A stretch of 64,000 bases of DNA, taken from NCBI GenBank assembly GCA_052034405.1, contig JBPOIO010000020.1, forward strand, positions 9,699 to 73,698. Direction: 5' to 3'. Position numbers and translations under genes: made by a program. The notes beneath the pieces are model-generated. The model had not been told where the DNA came from and did not search any database. It was given only the letters and a program-made list of their open reading frames with translations. Below, piece by piece: positions 17,347-26,446 of the stretch; within the stretch, counting starts at the first letter, position 1; every line of letters starts with the position of its first letter. Origin of the DNA: Candidatus Magasanikiibacteriota bacterium. Lineage in GTDB: Bacteria > Patescibacteriota > Patescibacteriia > Magasanikbacterales > UBA922.

Positions 17347-20295
17347 ATGGATACTGTAGAAATAGAAAAACTGCTCGAAGATAATGAGAGGTCTCTGATT
17401 GAGATCTATTTTGATTTGCAGGCGCAATTTGAAGAAAAATATGGGGCTAATACGGTGGTACTGATTGAAGTGGGATCGTTTTTTGAAGTCTATGGAGTAG
17501 AGAGTGATGAAATCAAAATTGGAAAACCAAAAGAAATTGCCGAAATTTTAAACCTTCAACTCACTCGGCGCAATAAACAATTTCCAGAAAATTCCTTGAA
17601 AAATCCATTGCTTGCTGGTTTTCCGGTAGCAACTTTTGATCGCTATATTGCGAGGCTTATTCAAGAACATAAATATACTATTGTTGTAGTGCGCCAGGCA
17701 GGGTTGCCTCCACATATTCGGCGTTATGTAGAACGTATTATTTCTCCTGGTGTGAACTTTGATTATTCATTGGGGCGTGATAATAATTTTATTGCATCTC
17801 TTTTGATCGATGAAATTCATGGGTTGTATTCTGTTGGTTACAGTGCACTTGATGTGACAACTGGAAAAACTTATGTTGAGGAAATTCAGAGTACCAAAGA
17901 AGATTCCAATTTTGCACTTGATGAAGTGTTTCGTTTGCTGCGCAGCTATCCTACAAGTGAAATTTTGTTGACTTTTTTGAGTACTGACATTGACCAGTAC
18001 AAAGTTCGGCAGTATTTGGAAATTTTGGAAAGTGATGTCAAAATAAATACAAAACGTTTGAAAATTTCCTATCAAAATGAACTTTTGAAACGGACCTATA
18101 ATGTTCAATCTTTTTTGTCAGCCATTGAATTTTTGGATTTGGAAAAAAAACCATTGGCATCTGAGTCGCTTGCTGTTTTGGTTGATTTTATTATTGATCA
18201 TGACAGTCAAATTATTCAAAAACTGGAAAAACCAATTATTTTATCAAATGAAAATTATTTGTATTTGGGAAATAATCCACTCGAGCAATTGAATATTATT
18301 GGGACGAATCTCAATGAATTGCATATTGCTTCGGTGATTGATTACACTCTGACGAGTATCGGTGCGCGCCTTCTTCGTGAACGTTTGTCAAATCCAATTA
18401 CAAATTCTACAGAAATTGAACAGCGTTATAATTTGTCAGAAATTTTGGGTGAAGTGCATTTGTCTCTTGATCAAGAACTTCGTCATGTCTATGATTTGGA
18501 GCGTATTATTCGTCGCATTCAACTTGCGCGTTTGCATCCATTTGAAATAAATTTTTTGTATGATTCACTCAAAAGTGCAGATTGTATTGTGCAGTCACTG
18601 CAGAATATAAAAAATCATAGAGTTTTGGAAGAATTTTTTCAAGAAAAAAACAGGCTTCAAGATTGTTTGCGTTCACTTGAAAAAATATTTGATTTTGAAC
18701 AAACGAGTCGAGTTGCACTGCAGGCTATTGATACGACTATTTTTCAAGTTGGATTTCATGCCGAGCTCGATAATTTGATGCGTAGACGTGCGGATCTTGA
18801 AGAAAAGCTCGAGATTATTCGTGGAAAAGTTTTGGAGGTTCTCGAAAGTGAAATAGGAAAAAAAGAAAGAGACTTTGTAGAAATTCGCCAACTGGATAAA
18901 GAAGGACATTATATTACTCTTACAAGAAGTCGTTTTGCCCTTATTGAAGAAAAACTTAAAACAACATTTGTGTCTCTTGATGGCACTGTCTATGCGTTTT
19001 CGGATTTTTCTTTTAAAACACAAACAACAAACGTAAAAATTACTGCTCCTATAATAGATCGTATTTCCGAGGAGATTGTTTTGCTACAAGGAAAAATTGC
19101 TGCGACAACTAGAGAATTGTATATTCAAGAATTGCATAAATTGGAAGAGAACTTTTTGAATTTGTTTATTGCAACTTCTTCTTTTTTGGCCAAAATTGAT
19201 GTGGCTCTGTCAAATATAAAAGCAAGTATCAAATTGAATTTGTGTCGGCCAGAAATTGTAGCATTTGACAGTGAGCCCTTTATGGAAATTTCCGACTTGC
19301 GGCATCTGCTCGTCGAGGCGCGTGAAGAAAATGGTATTTATGTACCAAACGATGTATTTTTGGGAAATAAAAAATATGCGCAAAAGGAATCCATTTTTAC
19401 ACAGATGATACAAGAAAATATTCGTGGTGTGCTCCTCTATGGAATCAATTCGAGTGGAAAATCTTCGTATATGAAGAGTATTGGTGTGGCGGTGATTTTG
19501 GCACAGAGTGGTTTTTTTGTACCAGCCGAGTCTATGCGTTTTTCAATATTTTCTGAAATTTTTACGCGTATTTTGGCGCGAGATAATTTTGAAAAAGGAT
19601 TATCCAGTTTTGCAGTAGAGATGTTGGAACTCAAAAATATTTTCAATCGTTGCAGCAAGAGAAGTTTGATCTTGGGAGATGAAATTAGTCATGGAACAGA
19701 AACACTTTCTGCCTTGGCTATTGTGAGCGCAACCATTGAACATTTGGCACTCAAAGATTGTTTTTTTCTTTTTACTACGCATTTGCACCAACTGTGCAAT
19801 TTGGAGAGAATTCAAAAGATAAAAGAAGTTCGAAGTGTGCATTTGCAAGTGTGCTATGATGCTCAAAAAGATAAACTTATTTTTGAACGTAAACTCCAAG
19901 CTGGAAGTGGAAGTAGTATTTACGGACTTGAATTTGCCGAGTCGCTTCATATTGATAAGGACTTTATGAAGCGTGCGCAAACTATACGAAAAGAGTTGGC
20001 CGAGGATTATCAGGAACTTGAACTCTTAACAAAAAAACAAAAAAGCAAGTATCACAAAGAATTGTATTTGTCTTCCTGCGCTATTTGTAAAAAAATGGTG
20101 GAAGATACGCATCATATTGCGCCCCAAGAGATTGCGGATAGTGATGGCAATATTGGGCACTTTCACAAAAATCACAAATATAATTTGCTGCCACTATGCA
20201 AAGACTGCCATAATCGGGTACACGAAGGGAAGCTGATCATTCGTGGATTTGTTATGACGAGTCATGGTCTTGAAATAGATTTTGACGAAAAATAA
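17347..20295 (+). CDS. MutS-family protein with a C-terminal HNH endonuclease domain (MutS7-like)
   Basis: Domain I-like N-terminus with GSFFEVY (the Phe-x-Glu mismatch motif). ABC ATPase domain V with Walker A INSSGKSSYMKS and Walker B LILGDEISHGTE. C-terminal HNH/zinc motif CAICKK...HHIAPQ...N..LLPLCKDCHNRVH. Confidence 0.8.
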   Translation: MDTVEIEKLLEDNERSLIEIYFDLQAQFEEKYGANTVVLIEVGSFFEVYGVESDEIKIGKPKEIAEILNLQLTRRNKQFPENSLKNPLLAGFPVATFDRYIARLIQEHKYTIVVVRQAGLPPHIRRYVERIISPGVNFDYSLGRDNNFIASLLIDEIHGLYSVGYSALDVTTGKTYVEEIQSTKEDSNFALDEVFRLLRSYPTSEILLTFLSTDIDQYKVRQYLEILESDVKINTKRLKISYQNELLKRTYNVQSFLSAIEFLDLEKKPLASESLAVLVDFIIDHDSQIIQKLEKPIILSNENYLYLGNNPLEQLNIIGTNLNELHIASVIDYTLTSIGARLLRERLSNPITNSTEIEQRYNLSEILGEVHLSLDQELRHVYDLERIIRRIQLARLHPFEINFLYDSLKSADCIVQSLQNIKNHRVLEEFFQEKNRLQDCLRSLEKIFDFEQTSRVALQAIDTTIFQVGFHAELDNLMRRRADLEEKLEIIRGKVLEVLESEIGKKERDFVEIRQLDKEGHYITLTRSRFALIEEKLKTTFVSLDGTVYAFSDFSFKTQTTNVKITAPIIDRISEEIVLLQGKIAATTRELYIQELHKLEENFLNLFIATSSFLAKIDVALSNIKASIKLNLCRPEIVAFDSEPFMEISDLRHLLVEAREENGIYVPNDVFLGNKKYAQKESIFTQMIQENIRGVLLYGINSSGKSSYMKSIGVAVILAQSGFFVPAESMRFSIFSEIFTRILARDNFEKGLSSFAVEMLELKNIFNRCSKRSLILGDEISHGTETLSALAIVSATIEHLALKDCFFLFTTHLHQLCNLERIQKIKEVRSVHLQVCYDAQKDKLIFERKLQAGSGSSIYGLEFAESLHIDKDFMKRAQTIRKELAEDYQELELLTKKQKSKYHKELYLSSCAICKKMVEDTHHIAPQEIADSDGNIGHFHKNHKYNLLPLCKDCHNRVHEGKLIIRGFVMTSHGLEIDFDEK

Positions 20296-20305
20296 GTTGA
20301 AAATA

Positions 20306-20340
20306 AAAAGAACTCTCAAAAATGAGAGTTCTTTTGTGTT
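20306..20340. terminator. Bidirectional rho-independent terminator
   Basis: AAGAACTCTCA-AAAA-TGAGAGTTCTT followed by T-rich sequence. Confidence 0.55.
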
Positions 20341-20344
20341 TAGA

Positions 20345-21080
20345 AACTAAGATCGGGGCGCTGCTTCGTGCGGAAGCCGGGAGGGGCCTGTGGCGGGTGC
20401 TGCTCAGGTGGGGTCGGGCAGGGGAGGCATGAGCATGGCAGGCGGCATCAGGACATTGCCGTCGGGCGCCCCGTAGGAGCGCACGCAGGTGTAGCCTTTG
20501 GCCACGCTGCTGTAGGCGCAGGCGACATAGGCGCCATCGGCTTGTGGGCCTTCGGCCTTAGCCTTCACGGCCTCGAGGGCCTCTTTCTGGGTCGCCCAGT
20601 AGGGCGTGACCTTTCCCGTTACCACGTAGGGGCTGCTGCTGGTTGTGGGCGGGCAGTAGGGCATGTCGCCGTCGAATGGACACATGGCCCGTGCCGTGTT
20701 TGGCCTCAGGCGCTGGCCTTGCTCGCTCAGGCAGCGGACGTATCCGCCAGGTACCGAGCAATGGTACTTTCCAGCTTCCACCTCGACGCGGCCCAAAAAC
20801 AACTTGTCCGGTCCGAAAATGTCACAGGTTTGGGCGTCCTGCGGGGCCTCGAAGCCTGGCCCTTTGAGCTCGCAATCTCCCTTGCCCAGGGGTTGAGCCA
20901 AGGGGATGAACCACTTGGCCTCCTCCGCGCTGGGCATCGTGCTGCCGCAGGCTGACAGGATCAGGGCGGCGAGGAAGACGAGGACGATGGCGATCATGCG
21001 CAGCATGAGATGACTCCTAATCAGCTGAAATTGCGGCATTTGGGCTGCCGCCTGGCCCGGTGCACGAAGCACCGCGATCT
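20345..21080. other. Compositional island of ~65-68% GC in a ~34% GC background, bounded by imperfect inverted repeats
   Basis: Abrupt GC shift at both borders. Left end is GATCGGGGCGCTGCTTCGTGCGGAAGCCGGG. The reverse complement of the right end is GATCGCGGTGCTTCGTGCACCGGGCCAGG, sharing GATCG and a CGNTGCTTCGTGC core. Confidence 0.6.
20404..21006 (-). CDS. Cys-rich secreted lipoprotein encoded in the GC-rich island
   Basis: Signal peptide plus lipobox MLRMIAIVLVFLAALILSAC-GS. AGGAG Shine-Dalgarno 7 nt upstream. Nine cysteines. GC3-rich codon usage unlike neighbouring genes. The ORF-track version is extended N-terminally to 21090. Confidence 0.55.
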   Translation of the reverse strand: MLRMIAIVLVFLAALILSACGSTMPSAEEAKWFIPLAQPLGKGDCELKGPGFEAPQDAQTCDIFGPDKLFLGRVEVEAGKYHCSVPGGYVRCLSEQGQRLRPNTARAMCPFDGDMPYCPPTTSSSPYVVTGKVTPYWATQKEALEAVKAKAEGPQADGAYVACAYSSVAKGYTCVRSYGAPDGNVLMPPAMLMPPLPDPT

Positions 21081-21177
21081 TAATTTCCAATTGGTCAATT
21101 GTAATGTACGGATAGCTGATTATATCAAAAAACTTCTCTTTGTCAAGAGAAGTTTTGTTAAATTTGGCTCTACTGAC

Positions 21178-23127
21178 TTATCTTTTATATTCAAAAATCC
21201 AGATATTATCATCAATAATCTGCATGCGATCGGCTGTTTTGCTCGCTCCGGCAATAATTTTTTCTGCATTGGCCCAATATTTATTGACCACAAAATATGC
21301 TTTGTTGACATTGACAATATTCATTGCTTCTATCATATACTCACGTTTTTGGCCCTCATAAATCATTTTTCCGTAGTATTTGTACATCTCGCCGCCAGTT
21401 GGAATGGAATAATAAAATAGTTGGCCCAAAGGGGTGTCAAAATATTTTGCAAAACTATATTCGGTGAGAGCAGAAGCTGATACGAGTTGGTCAGAAAGTA
21501 CAATATAGTTATACTCTGAATTTTGATTGTGAATCCATTGTACCGCATTGAAATCACTCTTCGTGACATTGTATCCAGGAAAACGTGCTTTGATATTACG
21601 CTGCGGGTAAGAGAGATAAAGGGCCAGTGTGAGTGAGAGAGGAATGAGACAAAAGACAAAAATATTTTTTAACTGTTTTTTGTTTTTGATCATTTCATAG
21701 AGAAAAGCAAATCCATACATGGCAAAGGGCAAAAGAAAAATGATACTGCTACGAATAAGACGCAGTGGATAATCTCCTTGTTCGTAGGCAACCACATCTG
21801 GGAAAATAATCCAACTGCGCAGGAGCCAGGCATCGATAAAAAGTGCAAGTGCGCTGAGTGGAAAAATCCAGACAAGGAGTGATTTTTCTTTTTTTCGATA
21901 TTGTACAAAACCAAAAAGCGCGAGCAAAAGTACGATTGGAATAATAATTTTTTCAAAGAAATAGAGAATTTCAAAACGCAGTGGGCTACTTTTGGCATAC
22001 CAATATGGATCTTTGAAGAGGTCCAAAAATGAAGAGATATGAGTGAATGGATTGCCAAATGTTGGGATTTTTCCTCCTATACGAAGACCATTGAGAGTAA
22101 ACATGGCAGGGAGCAAGAGACAAAGACCAACAAATGTGAGAGCAAGAATGGAGAGGACAAATGTTTTCTTTGTTTGAAATTTTTGTATGAGAAACACGCT
22201 GAGGGTGAAGATAAAAATTGGGGCTCCAATAAGTGGGTGGGTAAAGAGCGCAGCGAGGGAGATCAAAAAAGAAGGGAGCAGTGATTTGGGATTTTGAATC
22301 TGTGAAAAATTCAAAAATATGAGAACAATTGTAAAGAACAAAACAAGGTTGTGCGGTGTCGTGAGTGAGAGAAGTAAAAATGGGACAAAAGCCAAAATCC
22401 AAAAAGAAATGTAGCGGAGAAATTCGGAGTTTATTGTTTTTTCGAGACTTTTGAGAATGGTCTTGGGTAAAAAGATTGCTGCAAGAGCCGGAACAAGCCA
22501 GACATCGATAAAAAATATTTTGATCTGTGTAATATTGGAGAGGAGTACTACGAGTGAATACTGTCCAATATAGTAAGGTTGTTTTGGGGAAATAAATCCA
22601 TGTGCTTGGATCCAATTTTCGGTAACGCGGTGTATAAAGGCGTCAAAGCCATACCCAAGAGGGTAGATAATGGCGGCAACCGAGAGTCCTACAAAGAAGT
22701 GGAGTGATGTAAGAAAGATATTTTGGGTCGATGAGTTATTTTTTTTGTAGTTCAAAAAGAGCAGAGCTGTCGCTAGGGTATAGACAAGAAAAAAAGAGGG
22801 GTCAATTTCGGTCCATGGTGAGGCTGCCAGGTCAAAGGTTCTGTGAAAAAAGAGCTGGCTTAGAAGAAAAATATCGAGTAGAACTATGGCAATACTTGTG
22901 GGTTGAATTTTTTCTTTTGGAATCTTCCATTTTGGCTTGAAAAGTATAAGTGGAATGGCGATGAGAAAAAATAGAATAAAGGATACAAGGGGAGTGATTT
23001 TGTAGCTATAATAGACGAAACTTGCCAAAATAATGAGAAGAGATAAGAACCCCAAAGAATCAAGGGAGCAAGAACTTCTGTCTATAGAGCGAATTTTGAG
23101 CCAAAACTTCTTCATAACTATTGTCAA
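21178..23127 (-). CDS. Large polytopic membrane protein with a C-terminal extracytoplasmic domain (possible glycosyltransferase or polymerase)
   Basis: About 12 predicted TM helices followed by a ~170-aa soluble C-terminus. No confident family assignment. Confidence 0.45.
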   Translation of the reverse strand: MTIVMKKFWLKIRSIDRSSCSLDSLGFLSLLIILASFVYYSYKITPLVSFILFFLIAIPLILFKPKWKIPKEKIQPTSIAIVLLDIFLLSQLFFHRTFDLAASPWTEIDPSFFLVYTLATALLFLNYKKNNSSTQNIFLTSLHFFVGLSVAAIIYPLGYGFDAFIHRVTENWIQAHGFISPKQPYYIGQYSLVVLLSNITQIKIFFIDVWLVPALAAIFLPKTILKSLEKTINSEFLRYISFWILAFVPFLLLSLTTPHNLVLFFTIVLIFLNFSQIQNPKSLLPSFLISLAALFTHPLIGAPIFIFTLSVFLIQKFQTKKTFVLSILALTFVGLCLLLPAMFTLNGLRIGGKIPTFGNPFTHISSFLDLFKDPYWYAKSSPLRFEILYFFEKIIIPIVLLLALFGFVQYRKKEKSLLVWIFPLSALALFIDAWLLRSWIIFPDVVAYEQGDYPLRLIRSSIIFLLPFAMYGFAFLYEMIKNKKQLKNIFVFCLIPLSLTLALYLSYPQRNIKARFPGYNVTKSDFNAVQWIHNQNSEYNYIVLSDQLVSASALTEYSFAKYFDTPLGQLFYYSIPTGGEMYKYYGKMIYEGQKREYMIEAMNIVNVNKAYFVVNKYWANAEKIIAGASKTADRMQIIDDNIWIFEYKR

Positions 23128-23149
23128 CAGAGCGAAAAATCATTATACT
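23121..23149 (+). promoter_or_regulatory. Sigma70-like promoter TTGTCA-17-TATACT
   Basis: Hexamers with a 17-nt spacer, 22 nt upstream of the ATG at 23171. Confidence 0.5.
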
Positions 23150-23170
23150 AAGCCTATTCTACTAGAAAAT

Positions 23171-23794
23171 ATGAAAATCATCAACCGTTTTGCCGAACAA
23201 CATCCAGATTATTTTGTGTATCAGAAAGCAACTGAAGTCTATCCTCACGATCATTTTTTGGCTTGGACAATTTTGCGTTTTATTCCAAAACGTTGGACTC
23301 CCAATCAATTTACCATGGCGCGGATTTGTTTGACGCCGCTGGTGGCCTGGCTTATGGCAACTCACAATTATAATGTGGGGATTGTGGTATTTGTACTTGC
23401 CGCACTTACGGATGCTATTGATGGATCGCTTGCTCGTACGCAAAATAAAATTACAAAATTTGGAATGTTGTTTGATCCACTTGCTGATAAATTTTTGATT
23501 GGGGTCATGGTGCTTTTTGTGGTTTTACAAAATTACAGTTGGCAGCTTGGTCTTGCGATTATTGGAGTAGAGCTTATAATTATTGTGAGTGCTATTGTTG
23601 CAGAATTTCGTTTCAATACAGTAAGAGCGGCAAATGTTTGGGGGAAAATAAAAATGATCTTGCAGGTTTTGGCTGTGTTTTTGACTCTTGCTGCTTTGAT
23701 TTGGAATGCAACTGTGTTGTTTACTATTGCGGCGTGGCTCTTTGGTGTGGCGATTGGGTTTGCAATTATTAGTCTTTTTGCTCATGGGATATAA
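23171..23794 (+). CDS. CDP-alcohol phosphatidyltransferase (PgsA-like)
   Basis: D-G-x2-A-R...G...D-x3-D motif: DAIDGSLARTQNKITKFGMLFDPLADK. The start at 23171 avoids overlap with the convergent upstream gene; the ORF-track start is 23033. Confidence 0.7.
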   Translation: MKIINRFAEQHPDYFVYQKATEVYPHDHFLAWTILRFIPKRWTPNQFTMARICLTPLVAWLMATHNYNVGIVVFVLAALTDAIDGSLARTQNKITKFGMLFDPLADKFLIGVMVLFVVLQNYSWQLGLAIIGVELIIIVSAIVAEFRFNTVRAANVWGKIKMILQVLAVFLTLAALIWNATVLFTIAAWLFGVAIGFAIISLFAHGI

Positions 23795-23800
23795 AAATAT

Positions 23801-25882
23801 ATGCAAGTATTTTTGATTCTTTTATTTTTTTTCTACATACTTTGGACTGGTTTTTTGTGGAGTAAAGTTTTGAACTCTGTTTTTGGCTTGCGAGAAAAAT
23901 ATATTAATATTCCACTTGGTATTTTTACAAGTTTTTTGTTTTTGAGTTTTTCTGCTGCTGTATTTGTAGTGTGGTATAAAATTACATGGCCGGTGATTTC
24001 TTTTGTTTACATAGTGGGTGCAGCACTGCCTTTTTTGTTTTGTAAAAAAATAAAATCTGTGGATGGTGCTGTTGAAATATCCGAAGAACTTTTTGGAATA
24101 TTTCCAAAGAGAAAATTTTTGTTATTTTGTTTTGCGGCTCTATCACTTTTACAAATTGCTATTCTTGTTTTGTGTCAGAGTGACAAAGTTCTGACAACGC
24201 CTTGGCAAACCCTGCACCCTTGGTATTTGTATAACTTTTTTTTGTTAACTTTTTTGCTTGGGGTTTTGCTTTTTTCGCGTCTTTCATTTCAACTCAAATT
24301 TTTTCTTGTGTTGATCTATTCTGTGTTATTGCATCTGTATTTGCCCTTGGTTCATGTGATGCCTTGGGGAGGGGATGTTTGGCGTATGATTGGTGTGGAG
24401 CAAAAATTGGCGGCTGGGGAAGTGCAACTGCCAGGTTTGCCATATGCGCTGTGGAATCCCTACAAATATACCTATGGACAGCTTTGGGGCCTGATGGCAC
24501 TTTTGAACAAAAGTCTAGGGATTTCTCTTGTTGTTTTGCATCGTTGGTTTATTCCACTTTTGTGGTCTTTGACTTTGCCTGTGCTTGGCTTTTCTTTTGG
24601 AAAAATTATTTTTGAAAATAAAAAAAAGGCGCTCTTTTTTGCTTCACTTTGTTCTTTTCCTTTTGCCTTGCAAGCCATTGGAAGTATTACGGTTTCTACA
24701 AGTTTTGGATTTTTGACATTTGTATTTGCGCTCTTGTTATTTTTTATATCTCAAAAAGAAAATACGCTGTGGCAAAAAAGGATTGTCTTTTCGCTTGGAA
24801 TTTTGATGTTATTTGGATATGCGCTCTATGCTTTGTTATTTTACTTTGTAGTTGGAGTGTCCTTTGCTTTGAAAAACTATTGGAATAAAAAGTATGTTCC
24901 TGTGGCTGTGTGTCTCTTTGCTCTCTTGCTTTTTCCTTTGGTGGATTTTATTCTTGGTTTTAGTCATTTTCCACAGTCATTTTCTATTCTTACTTTTTTC
25001 AAACAGCTGCTTGGACAATTTGGAGGTTGGTATTTTGCAAGGCCGATTTCAAATATGGAAATTTCAAGTGCAAATATTTTGTTTAACCAAGTTCCTGCAT
25101 CTGCATATGTAGAAAATATTTTTTCAGCATTTCGTTGGCCTATAGTGCTACTGAGTATTTTTGTAGCATTGTTTCTTGTATTTGGAATCTATTCTCTTAT
25201 AAAAAAAGAAAAAAATACAGTAGTCTGGCTTCTCGGAGTTTTGCTTTGGTCGGTTCTTGGTGGTTATATTATTGGGTGGTATGTTTTGACGGGTGATCGT
25301 GTATTTGTGCGTCGCCTGGATTCTGTATTGGCATTTTTGCTTCTGCTGTTTACTCTCTATGGTATTTTTTCTTTTGATTTTTCAAAAATTATTTCCAAAT
25401 TTTCAAGAGAAAAAAAATATATTTACTTTTTTCTTGTAACTTTCTTTTTTTCTTTTTGTGCAACGACTATTTATGCAACAGGGCCAGATGTACGAGTTGT
25501 AAGCATTGACGAATATAATAGTGCGCAGTATATTTTTGGACAAGAAAAAAAGAATCCAAAGCCTTGTGTGCTTGCAGATACCTGGACACTGCTCGCACTC
25601 GAGGGGCTTTCGAGCGGGCATATTGTTGGTGGGGGCTTTCCTATAGATGCAAATTTTGGTCAGACTGAACGAGTGAGGCTTTATAATGAACTTCTCAAAA
25701 ATCCAGATATTCGTATTATTCCACAGATTCAGGCGCTTTTGGATGTGTCTTCTTGTTATATTGCAGTGAGTCGTGATCAGCTGGACCCTCGGATAGAACT
25801 GGCTTTTAATAACTTTTTGGGTGATCTGGTCTTCAAATCTGGTCCTATGCTAGTCTGGAAATTGGAGTTGAAAAAACCATAA
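23801..25882 (+). CDS. Large polytopic membrane protein with a C-terminal soluble domain (hypothetical)
   Basis: Fourteen or more hydrophobic helices and a ~150-aa C-terminal domain. Confidence 0.45.
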   Translation: MQVFLILLFFFYILWTGFLWSKVLNSVFGLREKYINIPLGIFTSFLFLSFSAAVFVVWYKITWPVISFVYIVGAALPFLFCKKIKSVDGAVEISEELFGIFPKRKFLLFCFAALSLLQIAILVLCQSDKVLTTPWQTLHPWYLYNFFLLTFLLGVLLFSRLSFQLKFFLVLIYSVLLHLYLPLVHVMPWGGDVWRMIGVEQKLAAGEVQLPGLPYALWNPYKYTYGQLWGLMALLNKSLGISLVVLHRWFIPLLWSLTLPVLGFSFGKIIFENKKKALFFASLCSFPFALQAIGSITVSTSFGFLTFVFALLLFFISQKENTLWQKRIVFSLGILMLFGYALYALLFYFVVGVSFALKNYWNKKYVPVAVCLFALLLFPLVDFILGFSHFPQSFSILTFFKQLLGQFGGWYFARPISNMEISSANILFNQVPASAYVENIFSAFRWPIVLLSIFVALFLVFGIYSLIKKEKNTVVWLLGVLLWSVLGGYIIGWYVLTGDRVFVRRLDSVLAFLLLLFTLYGIFSFDFSKIISKFSREKKYIYFFLVTFFFSFCATTIYATGPDVRVVSIDEYNSAQYIFGQEKKNPKPCVLADTWTLLALEGLSSGHIVGGGFPIDANFGQTERVRLYNELLKNPDIRIIPQIQALLDVSSCYIAVSRDQLDPRIELAFNNFLGDLVFKSGPMLVWKLELKKP

Positions 25883-25902
25883 AGTTAGGGTAGTATAAAT
25901 AT

Positions 25903-26010
25903 ATAGAAAGCGAAGCTATTTGTTTTTTTCGCTTTCCTCGCCTGTTGGCTCAGGGATGACCTCTGCGGAGGTCATAACCCGCTCAAAGTACAAATAGCTT
26001 CGCTTTCTAT
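25903..26010 (+). repeat. Structured intergenic element: perfect 20-bp inverted repeat separated by 68 nt, with nested perfect 8-bp hairpin
   Basis: ATAGAAAGCGAAGCTATTTG (25903-25922) and its exact reverse complement (25991-26010). Inner hairpin ATGACCTC-TGCG-GAGGTCAT at 25956-25975. Confidence 0.55.
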
Positions 26011-26033
26011 TATTTATATGTTCTGAAGAGCTT

Positions 26034-26435
26034 ATGGAGAACTGTATTTTTTGCAAAATTATACGAGGAGAAGTTTCGAGTTACACTGTGTATCAAGACG
26101 ATCATTGCTTGGCATTTCTCGATATTCATCCTGTGACAAAGGGGCATGTTGTTGTAATTCCAAAAGTGCATGCCGAAACGCTTCTTGATTTGAATGACGA
26201 GAGTATAAAAGAATTTTTTGTGGGAGTAAAAAGAGCTCAGGAGCGAATAAAGATTATTCTTTTTCCAGATGGATTCAATGTTGGTTGGAATCATGGAGAT
26301 GCTGGTGGTCAGGCCGTGAAACATTTGCATGTGCATATACTTCCTCGATGGAATGGGGATGCAGGAGGCAGTATGCATTCGATTGTGAAAAAAGAAAGTG
26401 ATCTCTCTGTTGAGGACTTGGCAAAATTATTTTGA
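26034..26435 (+). CDS. HIT-family (histidine triad) nucleotide hydrolase
   Basis: HLHVHILPR histidine triad and an N-terminal CIFCKI motif. Confidence 0.8.
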   Translation: MENCIFCKIIRGEVSSYTVYQDDHCLAFLDIHPVTKGHVVVIPKVHAETLLDLNDESIKEFFVGVKRAQERIKIILFPDGFNVGWNHGDAGGQAVKHLHVHILPRWNGDAGGSMHSIVKKESDLSVEDLAKLF

Positions 26436-26446
26436 AAGAAAATTGT

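Noticed and set aside
20368-20955. Long + strand ORFs (195 aa and overlapping 74- and 77-aa ORFs) inside the first GC-rich island
   Set aside because: High-GC DNA yields long spurious ORFs on both strands. The - strand ORF has a signal peptide, lipobox and SD, whereas the + strand ORFs lack starts with ribosome-binding sites and are Arg/Gly/Ala-rich shadow frames.
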